Notes: generated from the sequence alone by a model not told the origin. A stretch of DNA of 64,000 nt from Minisyncoccota bacterium (GCA_040905715.1 JBBDRA010000003.1:199075-263074), one strand, 5' to 3'; positions 35,287 to 44,670 are shown, numbered from the stretch's first letter. Translations and numbers: made by a program.

Positions 35287-36324
35287 ATGTCAGAATCAGC
35301 TCTCTATCGAAGATATCGCCCGCAGAAATTTTCTGATGTGATCGGTCAGGAACATGTAGTGAAAGCGATCGAAGGCGCGATCAAGAATGAAACGTTCGCT
35401 CACGCGTATCTTTTCTCCGGTACGCGCGGTACCGGCAAGACCTCTATTGCCAGGATTTTCGCCAAGGAGATCGGGGTGAGTCAAAACGATCTCTACGAGA
35501 TAGACGCCGCCTCTAATCGCGGTATCGATGATGTACGTGAACTACGTGACTCAGTGAGCGGTATGCCAATGGAGTCTCCGTATAAGGTCTACATCATAGA
35601 TGAAGTACACATGCTCACCAAGGAAGCCTTTAACGCGCTTCTTAAAACACTCGAGGAGCCGCCGAAGCATGTATTGTTTATGCTTGCTACAACCGAGCTT
35701 CATAAACTGCCGGACACCGTTGTGTCCCGCTGTCAGACATTTCACCTACGACAGCCGAACCAAACGATTCTTCGCGATGTAGTGCTACGGGTTGCGGAAG
35801 AAGAAGGCTACGAACTGGAGGGAAGTTCAGCAGATCTGATCGCGCTGTTGGGTGAGGGGAGTTTTCGTGACACGCTGGGTATGCTTCAAAAAGTGCTTTC
35901 TGCATCCGGTGGCAAGAAGATAAAGGAAGAAGAGGTGGAGCAGATAACCGGAGCCCCTCGATCCGAAACGATCAACAAGCTGATCAAGGCTATCGGCACC
36001 AAGGATCTTGCTGAGGCGCTAACGGTTATTCACGCGGCGTCCGCGCAAAATTCGGACATGCGTTTGCTCATCTCGCTACTTCTGCAAAAGCTTCGTTCGA
36101 TACTGTTGCTTCGATTCGCTGCCGGCCTTGAGGAGGATCTCAAAGATGAGCTTTCAGAAGATGATTTTGCGTTTCTCTCTGAGAAAGCAAAAGATAAAGA
36201 TTTTGTATTGACCGCTGAGACCATCCGCGAACTTCTCGACGCATTTGAGCAGACCGGTCGAGCCGCAGTGATTGAGCTTCCCTTGGAGCTTGCGTTGACC
36301 CGATTGTTGGGTGACGTTGAGTAA
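35287..36324 (+). CDS. dnaX: DNA polymerase III subunit gamma/tau (short form)
   Basis: YRPQKFSDVIGQEHV, GTRGTGKTS, SRCQ motifs; extended -10 TGtTATAAT ends 8 nt before the ATG (leaderless). Confidence 0.85.
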   Translation: MSESALYRRYRPQKFSDVIGQEHVVKAIEGAIKNETFAHAYLFSGTRGTGKTSIARIFAKEIGVSQNDLYEIDAASNRGIDDVRELRDSVSGMPMESPYKVYIIDEVHMLTKEAFNALLKTLEEPPKHVLFMLATTELHKLPDTVVSRCQTFHLRQPNQTILRDVVLRVAEEEGYELEGSSADLIALLGEGSFRDTLGMLQKVLSASGGKKIKEEEVEQITGAPRSETINKLIKAIGTKDLAEALTVIHAASAQNSDMRLLISLLLQKLRSILLLRFAAGLEEDLKDELSEDDFAFLSEKAKDKDFVLTAETIRELLDAFEQTGRAAVIELPLELALTRLLGDVE

Positions 36325-36359
36325 GAAGAGATTTTGGTGTAGTGTAGAATATAAAATAT

Positions 36360-36433
36360 TGCCCGGTCGTCTAATGGCAGGACAGCGGCTTTTGGAGCCG
36401 TTAATTGGGGTTCGAGTCCCTGCCGGGCAGCCA
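36360..36433 (+). tRNA. tRNA-Gln (anticodon TTG) with encoded CCA
   Basis: U1:A72 acceptor TGCCCGG/CCGGGCA, G73, anticodon loop TTTTGGA, T-loop TTCGAGT. Confidence 0.85.
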
Positions 36434-36665
36434 AGGAATGAAATGACGAGGATGCCCGGCAGGGCGCAGCCGAATTTGTGTTTTTTGCTAGCGAAGCGCT
36501 CCATATCCAAAAAAGCACAAATTCGCTTCGCTGTATTTTCGATAGAAAACACAAGAAGATTTGAGTTATAAATGAAAAAACGCGTCGCGCGGACTCGAAA
36601 AGGTTCTTCTGATATTTTGTGAGGAACGAAACAAAATATCGAAAACCTGTACAGAATTCGTAGAA

Positions 36666-36686
36666 TTCGAGTCCCTGCCGGGCAGC
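36666..36686 (+). repeat. 21-bp direct repeat of the tRNA-Gln 3' end
   Basis: ttcgagtccctgccgggcagc identical to 36411-36431; an inverted 12-nt copy lies at 36450-36461. Confidence 0.6.
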
Positions 36687-36746
36687 AACTGTTGTGATAC
36701 GACATATAGTAATTCAGCCGCTAAGACGGTAGCTTAGTGTGTTATA

Positions 36747-37349
36747 ATGAACACATTATCAGTAACTGACTTATTACGTATGTTAGATACGATCATAACT
36801 AAGACAAAAGACACTATTACAGCTGCGGTCAAAGGGACAGCCGATGTGCTGGGAACGCTTCGCAGCAGCGTTAAGGATCTTGTTGTAGATACGCTCAAGG
36901 ACGCCGGTGAGGTAACCGGTACGGCGATTGAGGTTGTATCAGGAGTTGTAAAGGGAGCTATCACCGGAGCATCAGAGATGGGCACTTCTGCTGTTGAGGC
37001 CTCATCCGATGTTGTAAGTGGTGCCGTGCACGGAGTTTCGGAGGCGGGCGGTGATATTATTGTCGCAGCCAAAGAGGCAACGCGCGGTGTGGTACAAGGA
37101 GCTTCGGAGGTTGGCGGTGATGTCGGTACTGCTGCTGTAAACGGTGTGCGCGGAGCCATCAAGGCAACGCAGGACATTGGCGGTGACACCGGAGAGACAG
37201 CCAAGTCGGCAGTTCTTGGTGCGGTTCGTGCCGCCGATGAGATCGGCGACGAGACCGGTAAGACTGTTCGAGACGCTCTTCTGGCAAGTGCTGAGCTGCC
37301 AAGGGATATCGTGGAAGCTGCTATCGGAAAAGAAGAAAAGGAAGAGTAA
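36747..37349 (+). CDS. tandem-repeat protein (about 11-residue periodicity, G/A/V/S/E-rich)
   Basis: repeats such as GVVKGAITGASEMG / GAVHGVSEAGGD / GVVQGASEVGGD. Confidence 0.6.
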   Translation: MNTLSVTDLLRMLDTIITKTKDTITAAVKGTADVLGTLRSSVKDLVVDTLKDAGEVTGTAIEVVSGVVKGAITGASEMGTSAVEASSDVVSGAVHGVSEAGGDIIVAAKEATRGVVQGASEVGGDVGTAAVNGVRGAIKATQDIGGDTGETAKSAVLGAVRAADEIGDETGKTVRDALLASAELPRDIVEAAIGKEEKEE

Positions 37350-37407
37350 GAAGTTTTCGTTCCTTAGTAACTTAGTCTTCTTCGCGAAGCAATAACACAT
37401 ATTCTAG

Positions 37408-37436
37408 AAAAACCGCCCGAAAGGGTGGTTTTTCTG
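37408..37436 (+). terminator. rho-independent terminator
   Basis: aaccgccc gaaa gggtggtt plus TTTTT. Confidence 0.65.
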
Positions 37437-37449
37437 TTAAAATAGCATA

Positions 37450-37857
37450 ATGGCCATACTTTCTAAAAACACCTGGAAACGTCACGCAAATCCATGGAGC
37501 GGCTGGACGCGTGTGCTCGCGATGCCTGTTATTGCTGTGGGACTCTATCTACAAAGCTACTGGATACTTGGTCTGGCGGTGGTTTGGCTTATCGTTAATC
37601 CACTTATTTTTCCAAAACCCAAAAGCACGAATAACTGGATGAGTCGGGGTGTCCTAGGAGAAGAAAAGTACTACGCCGACGGCAAAAAGCTGAAAAGAGA
37701 TCTGCCAACACTTCTGAATAGTATAAATGTACCGGTATTTATAGCCTTCATCTATTTCGGCTGGACCGGGCAACTTATTCCGCTTATTCTTTCCGGGCTC
37801 CTCGTAATGACACTTAAATTCTGGTTCATTGATCGCATGAATCTCTTGGTGAAGTAA
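37450..37857 (+). CDS. integral membrane protein, hypothetical
   Basis: 3-4 TM segments. Confidence 0.55.
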   Translation: MAILSKNTWKRHANPWSGWTRVLAMPVIAVGLYLQSYWILGLAVVWLIVNPLIFPKPKSTNNWMSRGVLGEEKYYADGKKLKRDLPTLLNSINVPVFIAFIYFGWTGQLIPLILSGLLVMTLKFWFIDRMNLLVK

Positions 37858-37910
37858 CTACGATCAAACCACATTTTGTATAATGCATATACGTGTTAGC
37901 GTGAATATAT

Positions 37911-38087
37911 ATGAATAAAAACAAACTTCACCTTGGCACGGGACTTATCTGGGGAGCTGTATTGATCGGCACTTCACTCCTCACTGAAGCAGAGCCGGGA
38001 AGAATGCTTGACTGGGAATTGATGTGGGTGATCGTCGGAGGATTCTTGTTGCAGAGCCTACTCATTAACGTCTATTTCAAAAAGTAG
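37911..38087 (+). CDS. small membrane protein (58 aa)
   Basis: TATAAT at 37879-37884; hydrophobic ORF not in the track. Confidence 0.4.
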   Translation: MNKNKLHLGTGLIWGAVLIGTSLLTEAEPGRMLDWELMWVIVGGFLLQSLLINVYFKK

Positions 38088-38097
38088 AGTACGCTTC

Positions 38098-38455
38098 ATG
38101 AAAACAACCCCGGAACACGATAAGAGAATGGCAACAATGACCTTTGCGGAAGTGTATCCGCACTACGTGGCAAAGGTAGAGCGAAAAGGCAGAACAAAAG
38201 AGGAGTTGCACCGGGTCATACACTGGCTGACCGGTTTTGATGATACAACAATACATTGATGAGAACGCAACATTTGAAACCTTCTTTGCAAATGCAACGC
38301 TCAACCCCAACGCTCACCTCATAACCGGCGTAATATGCGGCTACCGAGTAGAAGAAATTGAGAATCCGCTCACCCAAAAGGTACGTTACCTCGACAAACT
38401 CGTCGACGAGCTAGCCAAAGGCAAACCGATTGAGAAGATTCTGCGGAAAGAGTAA
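38098..38455 (+). pseudogene. DUF2200-family gene interrupted by a frameshift near 38240-38259
   Basis: 5' frame [47 protein letters not shown] then stop; 3' frame ..[60 protein letters not shown]; together they match the conserved DUF2200 layout. Confidence 0.6.
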
Positions 38456-38601
38456 CCAGTGAAAGATTGAATGTATCGTAGCGAGTCCGTAGGACGAAGC
38501 GAGATACGAGATATGTTATCTGCATGCTGGTACAAAGCCGGCTCCATCGAAAAACCTTTTTTAATTTATGTGCTAGTATTTATCAATTAGTATTATATAC
38601 A

Positions 38602-39273
38602 ATGACTATGAAATACATTGTTTTCAGTATTGTTATGGTAGCGATTATGGTGGCAGGAGTAGGGGGTTCAACGTCTACCGCTCACGCTATGAATAAAGCA
38701 GAGCTTATCGAAGCAATGGCTTCAAAAGCAGGGTTAAGTAAGGCAGACAGCAAAAAAGCTCTTGAAGGATTTCTAGATGCAGGAACTGACGCCTTAAAGA
38801 AAGGAGATAGACTCTCACTTATTGGTTTTGGTTCTTTCTCAGTATCGAAGCGAGCAGAACGTGGTGGAAGTGTGAATGAAGTAGAGTTCTTCCCTGAGGT
38901 ACGCAGTAAAGGAGCAGAAAAACGACATGCTGGTGAGACTGTTACCGGAGAAGAAATTGTAAAAATCCTGTCGGATAGATGTGCAAAAGAAAGTAAAGAA
39001 CGAGAAGGCGAAGCACGTTGCCCGGCATACGAAAAAATGCTTGACGCGCTTATTTCAGTTACCTCGGATGAACTTGTTCGGGGAGAGTTTGTCGAGTGGG
39101 GAACGGAAGAGTGGGGTGATTTTGGTACATTGCAATCGGCAATGGCTACCAGTATCAGCAAGCGATCAGCTCGTACCGGTCGAAATCCGCAAACCGGTAA
39201 AGAGATCAAAATAGCCGCAAAGAATACAGTAAAATTTAAAGCAGGCGCTGAGCTTTCTAAAGCAGTGAATTAA
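38602..39273 (+). CDS. HU/IHF-family DNA-binding domain protein with a signal peptide and a ~100-aa insertion
   Basis: signal or TM segment MKYIVFSIVMVAIMVAGVGG; MNKAELIEAMASKAGLSK...GFGSFSV and C-terminal RNPQTGKEIKIAAKNTVKFKAGAELSKAVN are HU halves split by the insertion. Confidence 0.75.
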   Translation: MTMKYIVFSIVMVAIMVAGVGGSTSTAHAMNKAELIEAMASKAGLSKADSKKALEGFLDAGTDALKKGDRLSLIGFGSFSVSKRAERGGSVNEVEFFPEVRSKGAEKRHAGETVTGEEIVKILSDRCAKESKEREGEARCPAYEKMLDALISVTSDELVRGEFVEWGTEEWGDFGTLQSAMATSISKRSARTGRNPQTGKEIKIAAKNTVKFKAGAELSKAVN

Positions 39274-39560
39274 GCCATACATTTTTGAAAGAAAAACCGG
39301 CGTATACTACGTCGGTTTTTCTGTGCATGCTTGATGAATACAAGGTTGTGTAGACTATACGTAGTAGACAAACAAGGATGCTGTTTACAACAAGAGAAAT
39401 GGGGCAAGCTATCGTTTGTGGTTGTGAGTTTCGACAGCTTGCCGGGATGTTAAAACAGGGAGTAACCGCTCCTCTTTTTTATAACGCGCTTAGCGAAGCT
39501 TGTAAAATACTATCGGTTCTGTATGGTGTACTGGTTCATGGATTAAAAAGGAGATATACC

Positions 39561-39779
39561 ATGAAAGCGCTATTTTATTTTGTATGCATGATCGCCTGTC
39601 TGATTGTGGCCGTGCTGTTGTTCTTTTCTATTCGAGCTGAAGGGTATGAGCTGTGGCAACGGTCAGCCGCAACTCTTGCAGCGCCGTTCTTCTTTTTTCT
39701 CGCGCTCTGGTTTGCATCACTCGGCCTTGTTGCGGCCGCTGAGAAATGTGCTCCGGATACGCCGGGAGGAAAGGAGTAG
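39561..39779 (+). CDS. small membrane protein
   Basis: SD aaaaggag; 2 TM segments; the longer listed ORF lacks an RBS. Confidence 0.45.
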   Translation: MKALFYFVCMIACLIVAVLLFFSIRAEGYELWQRSAATLAAPFFFFLALWFASLGLVAAAEKCAPDTPGGKE

Positions 39780-39931
39780 TTTCGTTCCGTCTGTCTCTGC
39801 CCTCTATCCGCATACCACCTGATCCCTTCGGGTGGTTTTATGTACAGTACCGGGGTGTGGTGTTGACAAAGTTATTTATTATACTTATTGTTTACTCAGT
39901 TTAAGCACATACAAACAAAAAAGGATATCCT

Positions 39932-40375
39932 GTGCCATTGAAATATAGGATCGAGTTCGTCTATAGTGATCCGAGAAGTGTCATCATTCACCTTTCCGAG
40001 AAACTCTTGTGGGCAGACGAAGACGGTCAGTGGACGATGTTTGATTTTGCCGGCGGCGGTGTAAAGGATCAGGTAGATGAGTGCCCTCGGTATCTAATCG
40101 ATCTTCTCAACATGGACGGCGTTGAGAGTGTGAGGGTCAGAGCTCATCATCTGTTGATCGAGATCGCTGAGTTGGAAACCATCATCAGTGTGCTGGGGTC
40201 GGTGCTGTACCTGCTTGCCGGCAACATTGTCGGGGGTGCCGATGATCTTGAAGAAGACGGAACACCGTTCATGCAGGTTCCTGACGAAAACGGGAACATG
40301 ATACGAACGGAAGTTGGGTTTGAAAATGCACGATTACCCTCTGTCGGCAACAACAAGGGCAGCACGACTAGCTAA
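39932..40375 (+). CDS. hypothetical protein (GTG start)
   Basis: SD aaaaagga; 147 aa. Confidence 0.5.
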   Translation: MPLKYRIEFVYSDPRSVIIHLSEKLLWADEDGQWTMFDFAGGGVKDQVDECPRYLIDLLNMDGVESVRVRAHHLLIEIAELETIISVLGSVLYLLAGNIVGGADDLEEDGTPFMQVPDENGNMIRTEVGFENARLPSVGNNKGSTTS

Positions 40376-40421
40376 GCCGCTCGCTGGACCGTTTTGATTC
40401 GTTCTCTTTCTCCCTCATCCT

Positions 40422-40450
40422 AAAGCAGCCCCATGGCTGCTTTTTTCTTT
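40422..40450 (+). terminator. rho-independent terminator
   Basis: aaagcagcc ccat ggctgcttt plus T6. Confidence 0.7.
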
Positions 40451-40649
40451 TCCACAAATTGCCGGTCTCGTTGTGTGTCACTCCTAATCCTTAATAATCC
40501 ATACTGAACGAAGCAAATCTTTGAATTGACTTTCAGGTACTTCGCTATATAGTGAGGTCGGAACTTTTAATCGTGCCAGAAACTCCGGTCTCCTTTACCG
40601 GATGCCCGGTGCGTCACCGGGTTCTTTGCATGATAGAGGAGTGTGTCCT

Positions 40650-41201
40650 ATGAAGATGTGGAATCGAACCACGATGGAATGGCGTTGTGATTTGGCATAT
40701 GCCGGCCTCGAGATAAATATCCCGGTTGATGATATGCCCGGCCGGGATGATCTTGTGCACTCGATCAGCGCCTGCAAAGCGGTATCACAGCCCGACCAAT
40801 GCGGCCGTCTAGAGCTTCAGATCAAGCGCTGTGTGATAACCCCGACCACCAAACACGAAGATATCATCGAGCGCCTGAAGGAGATATGCCAGGCAGTTCG
40901 TGAAAATGAGCACGGTTTCAATGGTGTCGGGCTTCGCGAGAAGGGTATTGAGAAAGGGAAGTACCCGATCTGGTTCACGATGAGCCGCGACCTTTCGTTC
41001 TGCGACGCGGCGATAAAACTGGTCCGCGGCATCTTTGATGGCCTCGGAGTAGAAGACAAACACCGTATGCGCCTGTCCAGCTTCAGGATCACTCAGGAGA
41101 CACTTGTTCCGGTCGATGAGGGTTGGATAACGTATGCACGTTGGCTTCGTATGTACCACCGCCTCAATGCGTTTTCATTGGATGAAGTGTGCGGAGCATA
41201 A
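40650..41201 (+). CDS. hypothetical protein
   Basis: SD gaggag before ATG 40650. Confidence 0.5.
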   Translation: MKMWNRTTMEWRCDLAYAGLEINIPVDDMPGRDDLVHSISACKAVSQPDQCGRLELQIKRCVITPTTKHEDIIERLKEICQAVRENEHGFNGVGLREKGIEKGKYPIWFTMSRDLSFCDAAIKLVRGIFDGLGVEDKHRMRLSSFRITQETLVPVDEGWITYARWLRMYHRLNAFSLDEVCGA

Positions 41202-41226
41202 CAGCACATTTCGCTCGCTACAAACA

Positions 41227-41259
41227 ACGCCAGGCAATAAACTTGCCTGGCGTTTATTT
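41227..41259 (+). terminator. hairpin terminator (weak U-tract)
   Basis: acgccaggcaa taaac ttgcctggcgt. Confidence 0.5.
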
Positions 41260-41394
41260 ATGTCCTGTGGGTATAGAGACCTCTCAGTACTTCTTTTTTC
41301 TCAGTTTCTATAGTATCGTACGGCGTGGAATACTCTCGTCGAGTACCTATTTGTTCTTCGACACTCTTTCAGTTTCTTGAAAGGAATATGTGCC

Positions 41395-42786
41395 ATGAGC
41401 CAGAACACACTGTTCGACAAGATTTGGAGCGCTCACAGCGTTCGGGTTTTGCCCACTGGGCAGACCCAGCTTTTCATCGGGCTGCATCTCATTCATGAGG
41501 TGACCAGCCCGCAGGCATTCGACATGTTGCGCAAGCGGGAGCTCACGGTTCGCTTTCCGAAGCGAACCTTTGCCACCGTGGATCACATCGTGCCGACCAC
41601 CGAGGAGGGTCGCGAGCGTCCGTTCCTGGACGTCATCGCCGATGATATGCTCACGCATATCGAGCAAAACTGCCGAGAATTTGACATTACTTTCTTCGGC
41701 CTCGGCCACGAGGGGCAAGGCATTGTCCATGTCATTGGCCCGGAGTTGGGACTGACCCAGCCCGGCTTGACCATTGCCTGCGGCGATAGCCATACCTCGA
41801 CGCACGGCGCCTTTGGTGCCATCGCGTTCGGTATCGGCACTACGCAGGTGTTCAACGTCCTGGCAACGCAGTGCCTTTTGCTCAAGAAGCCGAAGGTTCG
41901 GCAGATCAAGGTTAACGGCGAGCTGCCTCCCGGCGTGTTCGCCAAGGACATTATCCTGGCGATCATCGGGAAGCTCGGCGTGAAGGGCGGCATCGGCTAT
42001 GCCTACGAATACACCGGCTCGGCGGTTGATGGGCTGGACATGGAAGGTCGTATGACCATCTGCAATATGTCCATCGAGGGCGGTGCCACCTGCGGGTACA
42101 TCAACCCCGATCAGACGACCGTTGAGTACCTCAAGGGTCGTGCCTTTGTGCCGAAGGGCGCACGGTTCGACCAGGCCGCGAAGCAGTGGCTTGAGCTCAG
42201 CTCGGGGTCTGACGCTGTCTATGACGACGTTGTGGAGATCGACGGCAACTCGCTCTCACCGATGACCACGTGGGGTATCACCCCCGGCCAGGTCGTCGGT
42301 ATGGACGATCCGATTCCGAACGATGCCGACCCTGAGGCTCTTTCTTTCATGGGTCTCACGGTCGGCCAGAGGATCATCGGTACCAAGATCGATGTTGCCT
42401 TCATTGGCTCGTGCACCAACGGTCGCATCAGCGACCTGCGGGAAGCGGCTCGCGCCATCACTGAGCATGGTCTCACGGTGGCCTCGCATGTTACCGCCCT
42501 GGTTGTTCCCGGCTCAGAGTCGGTGCGCAAGCAGGCGGAGACAGAAGGGCTTCATGAGATCTTTCGGAACGCCGGCTTTGAATGGCGTGAAGCCGGGTGC
42601 TCGATGTGCCTGGCTATGAACCCTGACAAGCTCGAAGGGTCGCAGCGTTGTGCCGCTTCGTCAAACCGCAACTTCAAGGGCCGGCAGGGCAGTCCGACCG
42701 GACGCACCCACCTGATGTCGCCGGCGTCTGTTGTTGCCTCGGCTGCGGCCGGGGAGATCGCCTCTCTCCAGCAGCTTGTAGCCTGA
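41395..42786 (+). CDS. leuC: 3-isopropylmalate dehydratase large subunit (aconitase family)
   Basis: full-length LeuC similarity, GDSHT motif; SD aaagga; markedly GC-rich relative to its surroundings. Confidence 0.9.
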   Translation: MSQNTLFDKIWSAHSVRVLPTGQTQLFIGLHLIHEVTSPQAFDMLRKRELTVRFPKRTFATVDHIVPTTEEGRERPFLDVIADDMLTHIEQNCREFDITFFGLGHEGQGIVHVIGPELGLTQPGLTIACGDSHTSTHGAFGAIAFGIGTTQVFNVLATQCLLLKKPKVRQIKVNGELPPGVFAKDIILAIIGKLGVKGGIGYAYEYTGSAVDGLDMEGRMTICNMSIEGGATCGYINPDQTTVEYLKGRAFVPKGARFDQAAKQWLELSSGSDAVYDDVVEIDGNSLSPMTTWGITPGQVVGMDDPIPNDADPEALSFMGLTVGQRIIGTKIDVAFIGSCTNGRISDLREAARAITEHGLTVASHVTALVVPGSESVRKQAETEGLHEIFRNAGFEWREAGCSMCLAMNPDKLEGSQRCAASSNRNFKGRQGSPTGRTHLMSPASVVASAAAGEIASLQQLVA

Positions 42787-42822
42787 ATTCCCCGAAACGT
42801 TCAGATAAAAAGGAACAAAGCT

Positions 42823-43431
42823 ATGACTTCACCGGCAGATATGGCAATTACACGGATCGGGGGGAGGGCATTTCACCTTGCCGGCGCTGACGTTGACACC
42901 GACCGGATCATTCCGGCTCGGTACCTCAGGTGCGTGACCTTCGATGGCCTCGAACAGCACGTGTTCGAAGACGACCGAGCGCAGCTGAACGGACAGCATC
43001 CCTTCGATCTTTCTGAGAACATCGGCCGCAGTGTCCTCATCGTGGATGCCAATTTCGGCTGCGGCTCAAGCCGTGAGCACGCCGTCGCCGCGATCCAGCG
43101 GTGGGGTATCAAGGTTATCATCGGCCAGTCGTTCGCCGAGATCTTCCGGGGGAACGCGACGGCCAACGGTTTGGTCTGTGTCGATGTTTCTGAGCAAGAT
43201 CACGCTCGCATTCTACACGAGCTCGGCAAAAAGGATTCTGGGGTTATCATCTACCTCGACACTTTGAGGGCAGAGTTGAAGAGGTCTGCAGAATCGATGG
43301 CGATCACTATGCCTTTCGCCGATCGCGACATGCTCGTGGGCGGCACCTACGACACGACCGCAACCCTGCTCCAGGCCGGCGACCAGATCGAGGAGACCGC
43401 ATCGCGTCTTCCGTACATGGTGACTGATTAG
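42823..43431 (+). CDS. leuD: 3-isopropylmalate dehydratase small subunit
   Basis: LeuD swivel-domain motifs (GCGSSREHA, RIIPARYL). Confidence 0.9.
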   Translation: MTSPADMAITRIGGRAFHLAGADVDTDRIIPARYLRCVTFDGLEQHVFEDDRAQLNGQHPFDLSENIGRSVLIVDANFGCGSSREHAVAAIQRWGIKVIIGQSFAEIFRGNATANGLVCVDVSEQDHARILHELGKKDSGVIIYLDTLRAELKRSAESMAITMPFADRDMLVGGTYDTTATLLQAGDQIEETASRLPYMVTD

Positions 43432-43465
43432 TCTCCGTGAAGAAACTGAAAGAATCTAAACCACA

Positions 43466-43501
43466 GACCCGCTGTCCGTTACGGACACGCGGGTCTTTTT
43501 T
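43466..43501 (+). terminator. rho-independent terminator
   Basis: agacccgctgtccgt...acggacacgcgggtct plus T6. Confidence 0.7.
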
Positions 43502-43510
43502 ATCAGTGCC

Positions 43511-43542
43511 GGCGGCGCCTTGGTTCCGGCGCATGGTTGTTT
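43511..43542 (+). repeat. 32-bp perfect direct repeat, copy 1 (copy 2 at 44455-44486)
   Basis: ggcggcgccttggttccggcgcatggttgttt is identical at both positions. Confidence 0.8.
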
Positions 43543-43667
43543 TTCAAGAACATGTGCTCAGTCAAATGCTCCAGGTTGTGTTATTCCTCCTAATCTTCAA
43601 TGATCCGTTTTTGTATATGAAAACCCCCTCTCTTGAGAGAGGGGGAAGGGGTTCGGTGCGTGGAGCC

Positions 43668-44354
43668 TCAGTGTGCCAGCAGGTCGATCACGTCGTGTAT
43701 TCGGGGCAGGAATGGCGAAGAGCGCAGGAGCTTTGCCACTGCAACCGCTCCGTGGCCATAGGGTGCGCCGCCATTGATCTTGCATGAGTACTCAAGTGGC
43801 ACGCCGGAAACCTCGACTGTTATCATGTGCCAAGCATGCCAGTCCAGATTCTCTTCAGGGACGCCAAGCGCAAGCTGCTCACCCCGGTCTCTGATAGAAC
43901 GGGTGTTCTCGTTTGGAATGTTCAGGATCTCCTGAATTTTCCACAGTGTACCCGGCACACTTGTCTTGGTGCTTTGGTGACTCTCGGTGACCCATGCTTC
44001 CCAATTAAAGAACTGGGGTTCTAAGTAATCACGAAGCTGTACAAGCTGATTCAGCAGGTAGATAACCGGAAAAGCCAGGTTCGGCGCTCTCACGACCGGT
44101 ATTCTTTTGGCCGCGTTGAACAGTGGCTGTTCGTGAAGTCCTGTCGAGGCCATGATGAACGGGGCGCCTTGATCGCAGCAGAGCGCCAGAGCGTCATCCA
44201 GCTGTCTGCCTGAACCAGTATGGATACATACGGCATCATCCATTGGTCTTGGTTGCTTCGGGTCGTACTGCGACACCGAGACGTTATGTTCTTCGCATGC
44301 CGCAATGATGGCGCTGGCAAGCTTCCCGCACCCAACTATGAGAATGTGCATTTG
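43668..44354 (-). CDS. divergent dihydrodipicolinate reductase (DapB)-family protein
   Basis: N-terminal Rossmann region ILIVGCGKLA; C-terminal motifs TESHQSTKTSVPGTL (compare E.HH.K.DAPSGTA) and GAVAVAKLL; flanked by the 32-bp direct repeats. Confidence 0.65.
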   Translation of the reverse strand, partial: QMHILIVGCGKLASAIIAACEEHNVSVSQYDPKQPRPMDDAVCIHTGSGRQLDDALALCCDQGAPFIMASTGLHEQPLFNAAKRIPVVRAPNLAFPVIYLLNQLVQLRDYLEPQFFNWEAWVTESHQSTKTSVPGTLWKIQEILNIPNENTRSIRDRGEQLALGVPEENLDWHAWHMITVEVSGVPLEYSCKINGGAPYGHGAVAVAKLLRSSPFLPRIHDVIDLLAH

Positions 44355-44454
44355 TTGTCTTTCTTCTAAAAGGTACTCGATCTTCTTAATTAGCCAGCTC
44401 AAAATATAGCACGGCACCCTAGCAGGTCAACGATAGGTGGCGATTGTTGATGAT

Positions 44455-44486
44455 GGCGGCGCCTTGGTTCCGGCGCATGGTTGTTT
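44455..44486 (+). repeat. 32-bp perfect direct repeat, copy 2
   Basis: identical to 43511-43542. Confidence 0.8.
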
Positions 44487-44552
44487 CGTCGACGAGCTCG
44501 CCAAAGGCAAGGCGACGGAGAAGATCCTGCGGAAAGGGTACCGGGTTGGGTG
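44487..44552 (+). pseudogene. orphan 3' fragment of a second DUF2200 gene copy
   Basis: encodes [21 protein letters not shown], about 85% nucleotide identity to 38398-38456. Confidence 0.5.
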
Positions 44553-44594
44553 AATAGGGGTAGAAAGGAAGAAAAGAAGTAAAAGGATACAAAA

Positions 44595-44626
44595 TAAACA
44601 CTAAAGACCGGGGTCTTTAGTGTTTA
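44595..44626. repeat. perfect 32-nt palindrome taaacactaaagaccggggtctttagtgttta (copy 2 of the palindromic element)
   Basis: arms identical to 17488-17518. Confidence 0.45.
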
Positions 44627-44670
44627 GGGATGAAAACATCACTGTTCCTTGTCTGTGGTATAATTAAACT

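Noticed and set aside
36452-36462. Treating the inverted ccctgccgggca copy after tRNA-Gln as a simple terminator.
   Set aside because: It is not followed by a U-tract, and it matches the tRNA 3' end exactly. It is interpreted as part of the attachment-site repeat structure.
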